IMG/VR virus record: IMGVR_UViG_3300042539_001740
Length of the DNA stretch: 64,000 nucleotides
Direction: 5' to 3' (one strand)
Source of the DNA: a virus
Lineage: Duplodnaviria > Caudoviricetes
The position numbers and the translations under genes are program-made. The notes below the pieces were generated by a model. The model was given only the letters and a program-made list of their open reading frames with translations. It was not told the DNA's origin and ran no database searches. This document shows positions 20,901-31,428 of the stretch, in pieces; position 1 is the stretch's first letter, and the number at the start of each line of letters is the position of its first letter.

Positions 20901-23251
20901 AACTTAATATACCAATACAAGCATCAAATAATAATAATAATCTAAATGGTCTAAGGGCTGTGAGACATAGTTTTGGGATAACAAGCACAACCCAAAATAT
21001 TTTATCTACGTCAGATATAATAACGGGAATACCACTATACTATAATTCTTTTAATTTTGAATTGTCCACAAGTGGTTTGGCTAAATTTAGTAGTTTTACT
21101 TCTGATATGCCAAGTTATTATTCTAGTTTGGACTCATCTGTTCCTGCAAGTTTTAGACCAAACGATGTACCATCAACAAGTCAAATTAGTTTAAGTAGAT
21201 TTGCTGAAACACCTTCAGTGTTTTACAACAACTCAGAAGTTTTGAGGGTGAAAAGTCATGCGGCAACCATTAATCAATTCGCAAACCCAACCTTACCATT
21301 TCAAGGGGGTAATTCACCATATTATTGGGGGTTTTCTGTTGAAATTGATTCATTTTTAGGTACATTTCCTGCTGGTTCAAACACATCAGGCTGTAATCGT
21401 GATTATTTTGGGGCATTACCTAATGATTATCTTTATGATACGAGAGGATACTATGTTAATGAAATTATAGATGGTGGTTCTTTGATGGGACAAGAAAAAT
21501 CTCGTATTACAAGTGCAGTATTTGATTTTTATGCTGATGGTTGGTACTTTGCCCCAAGATACAACAATACGTATAATTTCCAAGCGGCAACAACACCTAC
21601 GAATGCAAGAAAAATAATAATGCGTTCAGATAGATTACCAACTTCATCAACCGTTACTGATGTACAAGGAAATAGCTTACCATTACAAAGTAATCTAATC
21701 TTTAGTTTGTTCAGATTAAGTGATAGTGGTTTAACTCAAGGAACTACTGGTACAGCATCATTCATTGGTGGAGGAGCTGACCCATCAAATTTAGATTTAG
21801 TTACCTCTGAGTCAGTTCCCAATCCTGTTTTTGAATCATTTACTTGTGAGAATGCAGTACCATTATTTTGTTATACTGTAGGTACGAACAACGAAATTTC
21901 AATAAAACCTGATGATAACATTTGTTACACAAATGGTGTGACTGGAAAAAAAATAATGAAAAACGGATGTTATCAACTTATTTCAGAAATCTTGTTATCA
22001 CTACCTGCTGACCTTTTAATTGTTAATGAATGGACATCAAGGTTATTAGTTAATTTCGGTGCTTGTAGAAATGTGTGGTCTCATTTATTCGTTAATAATT
22101 GGATTAATGGTTCTTTGTATGCGTTTGCATTTAAAAATGACAGAATTTTTGATGCTAATAATGTACCACGTAGTCAATATTGTCGTAGGACATTATATCT
22201 ACACCCAACAAACAATTTTTATTATAGAAGTAGTCCATACGTAACTGGAACAACGACTGGATTTATTGGTGCACCACCAAGTACTTTCAACATATTACCT
22301 TTCGTACCTGGTATCCCTTTCGGTGGGAATGATAGGAACTTGAAGTTCCCAACAACTATGTTAGATTTAGGTCCTAGGTCTCAATTTTTACAAGAACTTG
22401 TTTTTTCTGATGAATTTGATGGTTATGTTGTTAACAGAATGGATGATTCATCTTATTCTGATGTAAGTGAGATATTAAATCTACTTATAATAAGTAGATT
22501 AACAAATCTAAGTTTTATTGGTATATTATTGAGTGCTGCAGGTGGAACTATATTTGAATTCTTCTTAAATAATAGAGATTTATTTAAAAACCTTGTTGAT
22601 GCTGATTATGCCCAAATGATATCTATAAGTTCCGAATTAGGAATTTCAGCTTTCGAACCTGCAAATTATCCTACTGACCCAAATGGACAAGACCCTATTT
22701 ATATCAATAGCCCGTTTGCTAGTGATGTTGTAATGGGAATATTTTGGTCAAGTGATACACAAGTTAGAGATTATATATCACCAAAAAGAAATATAATCAA
22801 CACCAATGCTAATTTAGGTTCAATTTGTGGGTTTTCAAATATACCTGTGTTCTCGCAAGAAGTTCCATTCTATCAATGGCAAATACAACCAAACGCAGAT
22901 GGTGGTGCTGCTGAGAGTATTTTTGGGTCTCAAGGAAACAATTGGTTTACTAACCCCATTAATAGTAATGGTACTTTTTTTAGTTCAAACTATCAATCAA
23001 TGGACAGATTACAACAAACTTCTAGATATTTTAGATATGATAGTAATACTAAAGGTACTGGTTATATTTTTGCTACAGACCAAAATGGTGATGAAGATGG
23101 TAATAGACAATTATGGTCACACAATAATCCTGACGACAACAACATCACTATTGGTGCACCATTCCACTTCTATTTTGGTCTGAAAAAAGGAAAAACTTCT
23201 TTTGATAGATTTAGAAGAAAATGGATAAAATTTGATACAATAACTGATTAA
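17903..23251 (+). CDS. Very large tail/baseplate structural protein with a long hydrophobic segment
   Basis: 1782 aa in the baseplate operon; N-terminal beta-sandwich-like GVVAGRITANSGFGLPNCKVSIF; hydrophobic stretch at 19433-19638; TATTTAT at 17881. Confidence 0.65.
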   Translation: MSQSYRIRTEVGKDKYVNVLLEQDFEQLEILSLKILQSQIYTRLCSDYGVVAGRITANSGFGLPNCKVSIFIPLSNEDENNPIISDLYPYKLLSDTNEDGYRYNLLPYVKSHSGHNPTGSFPDRIDVLTDPNLIEVYDKYYKFTVKTNDSGDFLIFGVPLGTQTIHVDIDLSDIGEFSLSPQDLIRLGVATESQVAGTEFRTSTDLNTLPQIITLNRTINVEPLWGQPEVCTIGITRTDFDITEESGIEITPTAIFMGSIFSNGNDQFQTQRCRPKLRSGDLCNLVAGPGEILAIRQTIFNDDTGRPVLETFPLESGGQVIDDNGAWLVDVPMNLDYVTTNEFGERVISNDPKVGIPTRGKYRFKIKWNQSPTLSEDIKRGYFLVPNVREYGWEVNVDKDPLVIQDWITNPLSIPPTIDPNFYPNNELAKKSYSFSLDWNDYVDPQTAINCEDTFYLMSFNKVYTVSQLIDQYRRGFLPNEFVGIKNNLDDACESDNVKFPNNDANYRFDLLYLLALVAMFIFKPILFGLVPIIHIVAALVAILGFVFGIIVGVILYIVLPICYVIAGIVAFLNWLGAGLEPIDCIDPEEINQIMDDMFNLYKKILNINLPLLVYPNCELCSCEPGGELSTPPSSVQSSGNYVAAATETGGNGILSTYMLPTQYDVKDVDVQFRSGIQALLAGAAYTRDEPSGKARVPQFSSFGTDTTCPSVSTPEDPTKIVLFTNNLTLAERINLFNVKAKYFDENQITNPGGGVNRIKVTFNTPNNNPLTKFHLDNMLVISCKENTLSNFPVGQIITFQDPNLSSDININGFTQLNQYGTGAVTGSTYRQQPIENVQLSYANPNGNGSISVLGGYDLFFSGDPQFHKFPMDIEYFQVITAMTYSNYTGQCQSASLSNNKTLPHRTLGNDTLLREVNGVYSYSYYPPSPPHQQFPPARLYNPMKLYKKNTEQVIVFLVRGVDPYSTRQPCEYDLSRLFGYDLDVNGLPQGNVIVRGNYKLNIPIQASNNNNNLNGLRAVRHSFGITSTTQNILSTSDIITGIPLYYNSFNFELSTSGLAKFSSFTSDMPSYYSSLDSSVPASFRPNDVPSTSQISLSRFAETPSVFYNNSEVLRVKSHAATINQFANPTLPFQGGNSPYYWGFSVEIDSFLGTFPAGSNTSGCNRDYFGALPNDYLYDTRGYYVNEIIDGGSLMGQEKSRITSAVFDFYADGWYFAPRYNNTYNFQAATTPTNARKIIMRSDRLPTSSTVTDVQGNSLPLQSNLIFSLFRLSDSGLTQGTTGTASFIGGGADPSNLDLVTSESVPNPVFESFTCENAVPLFCYTVGTNNEISIKPDDNICYTNGVTGKKIMKNGCYQLISEILLSLPADLLIVNEWTSRLLVNFGACRNVWSHLFVNNWINGSLYAFAFKNDRIFDANNVPRSQYCRRTLYLHPTNNFYYRSSPYVTGTTTGFIGAPPSTFNILPFVPGIPFGGNDRNLKFPTTMLDLGPRSQFLQELVFSDEFDGYVVNRMDDSSYSDVSEILNLLIISRLTNLSFIGILLSAAGGTIFEFFLNNRDLFKNLVDADYAQMISISSELGISAFEPANYPTDPNGQDPIYINSPFASDVVMGIFWSSDTQVRDYISPKRNIINTNANLGSICGFSNIPVFSQEVPFYQWQIQPNADGGAAESIFGSQGNNWFTNPINSNGTFFSSNYQSMDRLQQTSRYFRYDSNTKGTGYIFATDQNGDEDGNRQLWSHNNPDDNNITIGAPFHFYFGLKKGKTSFDRFRRKWIKFDTITD

Positions 23252-25071
23252 TGGGAAATATTAACTATACAAGAGTTGTTTTGGGGTCTTTGAGGTATAA
23301 GTCAGCGCCAAATACTGATTTATCCTTTCAGATTCCATTTAAGAGTACTCAACGTGAGTTGATAGAGTACGATAGGAGTGCTGATATAAATTTACAACAA
23401 GTATTCCAAGATGAAAGGGAAGCTTCAAATTTGTTCAGACCATCTTGTAAATTTAATGTAGTATTCAAAAATGGTTACACAGGTACAACCAATTACAGAC
23501 CTTTCGAACGAAACTTGTATTACACCAATGCTGAAGAAGTTATAAGTTCTAGATGTGTATATAATAATAATAGTTCACCTTTACCTTGGGGTGGTTTTCC
23601 ACTATATAATGAATTTGATTTTATACGAAACGATTACAATGTTTCAGGTTACACAACATCACCAAATAATCATATAAATTTTGTAGCAAGTAGTGCAAGT
23701 ACGTATAATTGGAATTTCTTTTTATCGTATGGGTATGATAATGATTATACCAAGGAACACACTGCAACCTTTTTGATACCTGATGATATAAATCCTTACT
23801 ATGAGACAGTTAATTGGGTAGTAGGTGATGGTATCCCCTTCGTATTGACAAAAGGAACTTTCAATGGTAGAAATGTTTTAAGATTTAGATGTCCAATAAA
23901 ACATGGTATGGATGTGGGTGAATATGTTCAACTAAGTTCAAATTTTACTTACGATAATAGTAGATTATTTCAAGTTTATAGTTTGGGGGATTATAGTTAT
24001 GGTTCTGAAGAGTATATTTTTAATTTGGTTGATTATGGATACACCGGAACAACATTCAGTGTTGGACTAAAAGGAACTGCTAAAAGAGTTTTAAATCCAA
24101 ATAACGTCACTGATACAATCTCAGAGTATTATGTTAGAAAACACAAAATAGTTACAAATGTTAATGATGCTTTATTAGTTAAAACTGGTTTTGAAGAAAA
24201 TAGTTACAACAATGTAAAGAAGTATGAAAGTAGTGGTTTTACCCCTGATGGCCAGGCAAGAGTTTCTGTTAAGGAGGGAGGTCAAGCATATTCATTAACC
24301 TTCAATAAAAAAATAGATATTGGTTCTTTATTAGACAATCAACGAAGACCATTAACAGAATTATTTTTTACGGTAATTTGGAAGGGATATTTTGGATGGA
24401 CTTTGGGCATGCCTAAAATTTCACCCCAAACTGGTTTCTACGGATTAAAACAAGGATGGGAATTCAATTTACCCTTAGATACAACAACTAATCAACCTAG
24501 TCCTTGGTGGCAAAATTCAGAATCTAGGTCTGAAACAAATTTTCCGATTGGAACATATACAACAACTCAAACTTCACAACCTCAGTATGGATTTACATAT
24601 GTTGAAACTCTAAATGAGGGGGATGAGATGGATGGTGAGATATGTGAGTGGAATAATTTTGCCCAAACTGAAAGAATGATTGTAGACATATATCATAAAA
24701 TACGATTTAATCCTTTTGTTTTTGCAACTAACTCAAACACGATAGATAACCTCAATTCTAGAGGTTATTATTATAAACCATTTTATAGTTTACCAATACG
24801 TGTTTTTTCTGATTATATTGAGGATGGTAATTTTAACACAATAGTTGGTGTACCCGATTACGCATATTTCTCAACATCACAAAATACCTTTAGATGGAGG
24901 GATTTATATCCATATGGCTTTGTTGACTCAACTGGATTGGGTTATGATTATCCATTTTTAAATGGTGTTCATTATCCTTATGACAATTATACTTTTAGAA
25001 TAATACCTGAAGGAACTAATTATACAGAACAAACTATAATAACTCAACCAACAATAGATAATTGTGAATAA
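23251..25071 (+). CDS. Putative tail/baseplate structural protein (606 aa)
   Basis: TAATG-coupled to the previous gene; aromatic- and Asn/Thr-rich. Confidence 0.6.
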   Translation: MGNINYTRVVLGSLRYKSAPNTDLSFQIPFKSTQRELIEYDRSADINLQQVFQDEREASNLFRPSCKFNVVFKNGYTGTTNYRPFERNLYYTNAEEVISSRCVYNNNSSPLPWGGFPLYNEFDFIRNDYNVSGYTTSPNNHINFVASSASTYNWNFFLSYGYDNDYTKEHTATFLIPDDINPYYETVNWVVGDGIPFVLTKGTFNGRNVLRFRCPIKHGMDVGEYVQLSSNFTYDNSRLFQVYSLGDYSYGSEEYIFNLVDYGYTGTTFSVGLKGTAKRVLNPNNVTDTISEYYVRKHKIVTNVNDALLVKTGFEENSYNNVKKYESSGFTPDGQARVSVKEGGQAYSLTFNKKIDIGSLLDNQRRPLTELFFTVIWKGYFGWTLGMPKISPQTGFYGLKQGWEFNLPLDTTTNQPSPWWQNSESRSETNFPIGTYTTTQTSQPQYGFTYVETLNEGDEMDGEICEWNNFAQTERMIVDIYHKIRFNPFVFATNSNTIDNLNSRGYYYKPFYSLPIRVFSDYIEDGNFNTIVGVPDYAYFSTSQNTFRWRDLYPYGFVDSTGLGYDYPFLNGVHYPYDNYTFRIIPEGTNYTEQTIITQPTIDNCE

Positions 25072-25909
25072 CAACAGATATTATATAACATTACCAGTAA
25101 CCTCACAAGAGATAAACATACCAATAGAAATTACAGAAGATTTCTTAGGAAGGTCTGATAGTATTGAACTTTATGAAGATGAGGTTTTGGGTCAAGTTAT
25201 TGGTATTCCATTTGATTTTGAAGTTGGTAGATATTCACATAATGAATATTCACCAACAAACACACAAACATCAGTTAACTACGAATTCTACTTTTATAGT
25301 GGAAATCCTAACACTTTGAGTGCAACAACATGCCCTTTATCAAGTTCACCTGATTTAACACTTTGGGGGAATAATTATTTGGCTGAAGGTTTCAATTCAA
25401 AAGAATTGTATTACTTTGCTAACTCTTTTGCAAATTCGTTTTTCAAACTTGATTTTTACGATAGACCTGACGAAAAAAACCAAACTAATTATTTTACCGT
25501 AATAATACCAACTCAACAAGGTTTTACGACAACAGCGTCAATTTCACCTTACATAGCACCAGTACAAGTTAAAATACCAAAGTATAAATTGGATTTTGTT
25601 GGTGACAAAGAGGGTTTCTTTTTTTATTGGTTAAATGTACCACAATTTTTGACATTAGATACTTTTTATATGTCAATGAAATTTTTTGATGCAAAGTTGG
25701 GTGTTTTTGTAAGAATGATGAATGAACCTCAATGTCGATTACCAAACAAATACCAATTTGATTCAAGTATATATTTTTATAATAAAGTGAAACTGAATTA
25801 CGATACAAAAAAATATGAAATTTTTGATGGTAAAAATCATAATAATAGAATAGGTACAACGACAAATCCTATGAAGTGGTACGAATATGTTAATCCACCA
25901 AATTTATAA
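25064..25909 (+). CDS. Putative structural protein (281 aa)
   Basis: GTG start overlapping the previous stop; operon context. Confidence 0.6.
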   Translation: MNNNRYYITLPVTSQEINIPIEITEDFLGRSDSIELYEDEVLGQVIGIPFDFEVGRYSHNEYSPTNTQTSVNYEFYFYSGNPNTLSATTCPLSSSPDLTLWGNNYLAEGFNSKELYYFANSFANSFFKLDFYDRPDEKNQTNYFTVIIPTQQGFTTTASISPYIAPVQVKIPKYKLDFVGDKEGFFFYWLNVPQFLTLDTFYMSMKFFDAKLGVFVRMMNEPQCRLPNKYQFDSSIYFYNKVKLNYDTKKYEIFDGKNHNNRIGTTTNPMKWYEYVNPPNL

Positions 25910-27087
25910 TGGAAAGTACAATTTATAACATAAGAATTTCACCTGAAAATATATCCAACGATTTATTTATTGTTCCGTATTTCGGAGGATTTTCCCCACA
26001 AATTAGTGGAGACCCTTGTTGTGTTACGACTTTTTCAACAACACAAAAATATGAAGGATTTACGTATGTTTACTCCTCTATGACAAATGTTTTATCAGGC
26101 GGTACTAATGGGACTTCTTTATTAACAGGACTAACATTACCTATTTTATTTACACAATCAGCTGTAGATTTCGGATATTATTCAGTATTTGATGGAATGA
26201 TATTACAACAAGATGTAATGACTAATTTTGTCTTTACAGGCTCAACCATATTCCCAAACAATTTTACAGTAATTCTTTACAATACATCAGAAATAGAACT
26301 AAAAAAATACTTGAGTTTTTCGAACTATCAAATTAGTTGGGGCGATGGTTCAACAACAACTATTGGACCTTATACTTCAACACCTTATACTCACACATAT
26401 AGTTCTGCTGGAGAATATACAATAACTATGTCGGGTATGAGTCCTTGGGGTTATAACACAATTCAAAAAACACTAACAATACCATTCTCTTCAACTACGA
26501 TTAACAATCCAAATGGTACTGCGTATTTTACCCCACTTGGTGGAAGTTGGTCAGGAAGTGCTTTGAATTACAATTTTATTTATAGTGGTGATTCAGATTG
26601 TGAAACAACAATAGAAGGATTCAATACATTTTTGGGTAACTCAGATTTAATCATATCAGGTTATAGTAAATCAGGACTTAATGATTTGGAAGTTTATGGT
26701 TCAATTAATAACCCTAATTTTTATTTAGGAAAATATAAAATCGGATGGCAAGTTACAGGTAGTTCCAATGTTGTTGGTACTTTTTGGGGACCGAATCCAA
26801 ATGGTTATACAGCATATACTATTAATGGTGTTGATTACTATGACTATCCTGATGGTACGACTTTATTCATCGTTAGTGGTGTGTCTGAGGTTGATTATGT
26901 TTGTTCTGCTATAACTAAAAATGAAGCACTACTCAATGTTATTGATGAACCTGCAATACAAACAAATGTTTTTGTTGAAAGGGGTAAGAATTCGGGTATT
27001 GAAACGATGATAAGATTGGGGGAGGTTGATAATCTTGGGGATTTAGATAATTATGGCTACGGATTTTTTAAAGTTACAAAGTTGTAA
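25909..27087 (+). CDS. PKD-domain structural protein
   Basis: ISWGDGSTTT...HTYSSAGEYTITMSG matches the PKD WDFGDG...H-Y-x-x-x-G-x-Y pattern. Confidence 0.7.
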   Translation: MESTIYNIRISPENISNDLFIVPYFGGFSPQISGDPCCVTTFSTTQKYEGFTYVYSSMTNVLSGGTNGTSLLTGLTLPILFTQSAVDFGYYSVFDGMILQQDVMTNFVFTGSTIFPNNFTVILYNTSEIELKKYLSFSNYQISWGDGSTTTIGPYTSTPYTHTYSSAGEYTITMSGMSPWGYNTIQKTLTIPFSSTTINNPNGTAYFTPLGGSWSGSALNYNFIYSGDSDCETTIEGFNTFLGNSDLIISGYSKSGLNDLEVYGSINNPNFYLGKYKIGWQVTGSSNVVGTFWGPNPNGYTAYTINGVDYYDYPDGTTLFIVSGVSEVDYVCSAITKNEALLNVIDEPAIQTNVFVERGKNSGIETMIRLGEVDNLGDLDNYGYGFFKVTKL

Positions 27088-27142
27088 CTTTAATATTTAT
27101 TAATAGGTTAGTCAATATAAACTTAGAATAAAAGAATAATAA

Positions 27143-28051
27143 ATGGCACTCGCAAGTTATGGTACTATAAGACCATCAGATGTTTCACCAGAAGACGTTG
27201 AGATAATTTTACATTATACCCCATCAAGGGATGATACAGCTAATTTTGTATTGACTAAATTAGATTCAGTTTCATTATTGAGACCATACTTTAACAATAG
27301 TAGTACTGGTGGTAATGCTAACATAGAAATATTAGGTGGTTTATATAATTTAAAATTACCTGCTGACCAATTTAATGCAATAGGAATTTACACAATTTAT
27401 TTAAGACCAACTCAAATAAGAACTAAAATATTAGATTGTGGTGTGTTATCAGCATTACCTAATGTTAGAGGTATAATAATTGATTTGAATCAAGTACCAA
27501 ATCAATATAGAAACAAGTTTACAAATCAAGGTTTAGTTGGTTTCAGAATTGAATATCTTAACACAGATGGTTCAAAAATACCTAACTTTTTTAGAGTAAT
27601 TACATCTTCATTTTTCTGTGAACCTGTAATTCAAAATCTAACGAACACTTCGCAAAAAGCGATAAGATACAGATATACTGATAGTAATAGTGGATTATTG
27701 TTTTGTACATTGTCACCATCATCAGCACCAACTAATAAACCGAATGCAATACCATACATTGGTCAACCTGACCAAGATATCATAATAACTAATACTTTCT
27801 TCAATCCAATAACCCTTGATATTGAAGTTGCTGAACACGATTTCTCAACGTTGGCTATTGCACTTTATGGTAATCAAACCAAATCTATTGATGATGGTAT
27901 CTACACTTACTACGATAGTCAAAATAACATATACAGACAATATAACCTATACGAAATCAGAGACCAGTTTAATGAGCTTCTATTTGAGGTAAGACAAGAC
28001 AGAGGTAATAATATAGATTTCAGTAAAAACTTCACTAACATCACTTCGTAA
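27143..28051 (+). CDS. Putative structural protein (302 aa)
   Basis: Clean ORF with TATTTAT at 27094-27100; coupled to the next gene. Confidence 0.65.
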   Translation: MALASYGTIRPSDVSPEDVEIILHYTPSRDDTANFVLTKLDSVSLLRPYFNNSSTGGNANIEILGGLYNLKLPADQFNAIGIYTIYLRPTQIRTKILDCGVLSALPNVRGIIIDLNQVPNQYRNKFTNQGLVGFRIEYLNTDGSKIPNFFRVITSSFFCEPVIQNLTNTSQKAIRYRYTDSNSGLLFCTLSPSSAPTNKPNAIPYIGQPDQDIIITNTFFNPITLDIEVAEHDFSTLAIALYGNQTKSIDDGIYTYYDSQNNIYRQYNLYEIRDQFNELLFEVRQDRGNNIDFSKNFTNITS

Positions 28052-31000
28052 TGGCTAAATTCACATGTCCTCCTCAAACACCATCAGGTGCTGGTACTTT
28101 TGCAAATAATCTAGTTGGTTTACAATTAGTTACTGGTGGGGGTTTGACACAAGGAACATTTAATTTTACACTTTCGGCAAGTGAAAAAGTTAATAGAAAC
28201 TTTTCCACTGGTACTTTTTCTAATCCAATCAGTTTGGATTCGATGGGTATCATAGATATTAATCAAGCCAAAGCTATTATAGAAAATAATTACAAAGTTT
28301 ATCCAAATTTTGATTTAACTCAAGTTACAAACTTTGTTTTATATGGGTCTATGGCCAAAAGGATGTCAGCTGCAGTAACACAAGTTATTAGTTATTTTCC
28401 TGCAGCACTAGAATCAACGACATTAAGATTGGATTATTCCACTGGTGTAACAGCATTTAATGTTGTTTTCAGTTTACAATATAATGAAACAACGTTTGAA
28501 TTAGACCTTACCAAAATAAGAAATCCTTTTGGAATTGATTATACAACTAACTCAACTAGAAATCTGTCCCTCAGAGAGATACCAGTATCAACATTGAGGA
28601 ATATGACATTAGAATATGCCAAGTATTCCTTATATTATAATGAAATTGGGTATCAAGTTAAACGTATAGTACCAACAAATTCTTTAACATCAGGTAATTT
28701 AAGTATTACTGTCGTTGGTAATCCATTTTCAGGTGAAACGAATGTTTTTGGAAATATTATAATAAGACCAAATGATAGTGAAGTTAATAAAGTTTTTAAT
28801 GAAAATTTAGACGAAGTTGAAAACTTCTTATTAAATAGAACATCAACACCGATATATACAGCATCTTTCGTCATCCCTAAAGAAGCTGATGATGGAACGT
28901 ATTACTCCGATAATGCTTCGGTAACTTGGCCAATATTGGGATTATGGAATTTGGACATTATCTCAAGCACTTTTGTTGATTACTTAACAGTGTTGAACGA
29001 CATCAGTGTATCATTTGATTCATATAGGACAAATCTTGTATCAAGATTTTTTACAACACCAGCATTTAAAGAATTTGATACCATTGGTCAAAAAATGGAT
29101 AAAGTTCTCCAAATCTATGGTAGAAGTTTTGATGAGGTAAATAAATATATCACAAGTTTATCTTATGTTACATCGGTTAACTACAATGTAAGAAATGACA
29201 TCCCATCTCAATTATTAAGAAATTTAGCTCAAACTTTAGGTTGGCAGACGAATATTTCACCGATAACTAATACTGATTTTTTAAACTCTGTTTTTGGTCA
29301 AACAAATCAAGAAAAATCTATGTTCAGTGGGGTTCCAGTTGCTCAAACACCCGATGAATTGAATTATCAATTTTACAGAAATGTCTTATTGAATACCGCT
29401 TATTTATTCAAATCAAAAGGTACTAGAAAATCAATTGAAAATTTGTTAAGATTAATTGGTGCACCTGAAGCTTTGGTTGAATTTAATGAGTACGTTTACT
29501 TAGCCGACCAACGAATTAATATAAATAAGTTTAATAGTTATTATGCACAAATTTCAGGTGGTACTTTAGTAGAACAAACACCAACACTAGAAAGTTCGAA
29601 TGTCTTCACTTTGTTTGGCGTACAATATACTGGATTTACAACTACTGTAACAATAAAAGACGTTAATATAACAATTGATGAATTCCCAATTGACGAATTT
29701 GGATTTCCCAAACCAATAACGGATAGTGAAGCTTATTTTTTTCAGATAGGTAGTGGATGGTTTGAACAAACCCCACAACACAGAGCACCTGAACAAGTGA
29801 ATTCAACTTTAAGTGTTTTCACAGGACTGAATCCCGATTATCAAACAAGTTTAAAACCATACACTTATGGTCAAGAATATTTAGACAGATTCAGAAAATT
29901 TCCATTTATTCAATTAGGCTATAATATTTCACCATCTGTTGATAATAACAAATCTTGGTACGATTCTGAAGTACTACTAAGAGTTAACTTAGATGGTAAT
30001 ATTAACGCAAGATACTTCGTTGCTGATGACAAATTAGTTTTAAATGTTAAGAATACTGAGATATTTTTGAATCCTGCACAAGGACTTTTATATGATGTTT
30101 GGTATATGTCACGTTTGTACAATTATCCAATACCAAATCAAGGTATGAATTATGTCAATCCGAATGGGTGTTTTCCAAACGCGGCAAGTTGCTACCCTGA
30201 TAGAAATGGTGTTGATTGGACGATTATTAACCCACAACCAAAACAAAAAACCTTCTTCGAATTTGCTCAAACATTTTGGAAGAATACGATTAATGTAAGA
30301 AATAGACAATATTCTACTGATGGTAAAACTAGTGGTTACCCAACACTACAATCAATTTATTGGAAATATTTACAATCATTACAAGATGTGAATATAGCAA
30401 ACAATAATTTCACTTACCAAACTATGATAGAATACGTTAATGGTTTGGGTGATTATTGGATACGCTTAATTGAACAAATGGTTCCAGCAACAACCATTTG
30501 GAATACTGGTGTCAAGTTAGAAAACTCAATTTTCCATAGACAGAAATTTCAATGGAAAAGACAAAGAGGTTGTCAGATTATATTAGATACACCACCACCA
30601 ACACCTGACCCTGTTGATTTATGTGAGTGTATAAGTATTACTGGTGCTTCAGTTGGAAGTAGTACATTAATAACAACATTGAGTCCTAATGGTTATGTTA
30701 ATGGCAAACAATCATTCTTGGGTTATGACCCTTGTTGTGGTTTAGTTAAAGATATAATTATTTCTTATAATTCGGGGTCAACTCGTTGGGAATATTATTA
30801 TGATGGAACTCTTGTAGGTACTTTAAACTCAACATCTGATTGCCCAATTGGTAGTGTTTGGTCGAATACAAAAAATAATGTTGGAACTATTTCATCAACT
30901 AATAGAACTATTTGCCCAAATCCTGCATCGTTTACACCATTGAGACCTAATCCTTGTAGACCATGTGAGTTGAATGATAGTTTATATACCTACGATTGTC

Positions 31001-31428
31001 CTATACAAAACACAGAGTGTCCAAAATATCCTTGGTTAAGTGACCCAAAACTTGGTAGTTTTGGTAGTGTTTTAGGTAAATTGTTGAATGAATATCTTAC
31101 TTCTATTGGTTATGACCCAAATAATTGTAGTTTGAATACGTTAACCACAGAGTGGTATGTGGATATTAGGATAGATGATATTCAAGTTGTTTCTTACCCA
31201 TTCTTCAATGGAATAGGATATAATTTAATACCATTAAGTTATCCTACAACTACGAATTGGGACACAGCATTAGTTACCGCTATGAATTTGATTAAACCAC
31301 TAGGTTATGATTATTACTTTACTAGTGACGATACTATTGTAGTTTATAATCAAGTGTGTTCTGTGTCAGAAGCTGATATTAACTTCAAGTTAAATATCGG
31401 AATAAACTTCTCAATTTATTGTGTATAA
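28051..31428 (+). CDS. Baseplate wedge protein (gp7 / P2 gpI-like) with a Cys-rich C-terminal extension
   Basis: FYRNVLLNTAYLFKSKGTRKSIENLLRLIG resembles the gpI/gp7 KGT motif; IEQMVPATTIW is also present. Confidence 0.65.
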   Translation: MAKFTCPPQTPSGAGTFANNLVGLQLVTGGGLTQGTFNFTLSASEKVNRNFSTGTFSNPISLDSMGIIDINQAKAIIENNYKVYPNFDLTQVTNFVLYGSMAKRMSAAVTQVISYFPAALESTTLRLDYSTGVTAFNVVFSLQYNETTFELDLTKIRNPFGIDYTTNSTRNLSLREIPVSTLRNMTLEYAKYSLYYNEIGYQVKRIVPTNSLTSGNLSITVVGNPFSGETNVFGNIIIRPNDSEVNKVFNENLDEVENFLLNRTSTPIYTASFVIPKEADDGTYYSDNASVTWPILGLWNLDIISSTFVDYLTVLNDISVSFDSYRTNLVSRFFTTPAFKEFDTIGQKMDKVLQIYGRSFDEVNKYITSLSYVTSVNYNVRNDIPSQLLRNLAQTLGWQTNISPITNTDFLNSVFGQTNQEKSMFSGVPVAQTPDELNYQFYRNVLLNTAYLFKSKGTRKSIENLLRLIGAPEALVEFNEYVYLADQRININKFNSYYAQISGGTLVEQTPTLESSNVFTLFGVQYTGFTTTVTIKDVNITIDEFPIDEFGFPKPITDSEAYFFQIGSGWFEQTPQHRAPEQVNSTLSVFTGLNPDYQTSLKPYTYGQEYLDRFRKFPFIQLGYNISPSVDNNKSWYDSEVLLRVNLDGNINARYFVADDKLVLNVKNTEIFLNPAQGLLYDVWYMSRLYNYPIPNQGMNYVNPNGCFPNAASCYPDRNGVDWTIINPQPKQKTFFEFAQTFWKNTINVRNRQYSTDGKTSGYPTLQSIYWKYLQSLQDVNIANNNFTYQTMIEYVNGLGDYWIRLIEQMVPATTIWNTGVKLENSIFHRQKFQWKRQRGCQIILDTPPPTPDPVDLCECISITGASVGSSTLITTLSPNGYVNGKQSFLGYDPCCGLVKDIIISYNSGSTRWEYYYDGTLVGTLNSTSDCPIGSVWSNTKNNVGTISSTNRTICPNPASFTPLRPNPCRPCELNDSLYTYDCPIQNTECPKYPWLSDPKLGSFGSVLGKLLNEYLTSIGYDPNNCSLNTLTTEWYVDIRIDDIQVVSYPFFNGIGYNLIPLSYPTTTNWDTALVTAMNLIKPLGYDYYFTSDDTIVVYNQVCSVSEADINFKLNIGINFSIYCV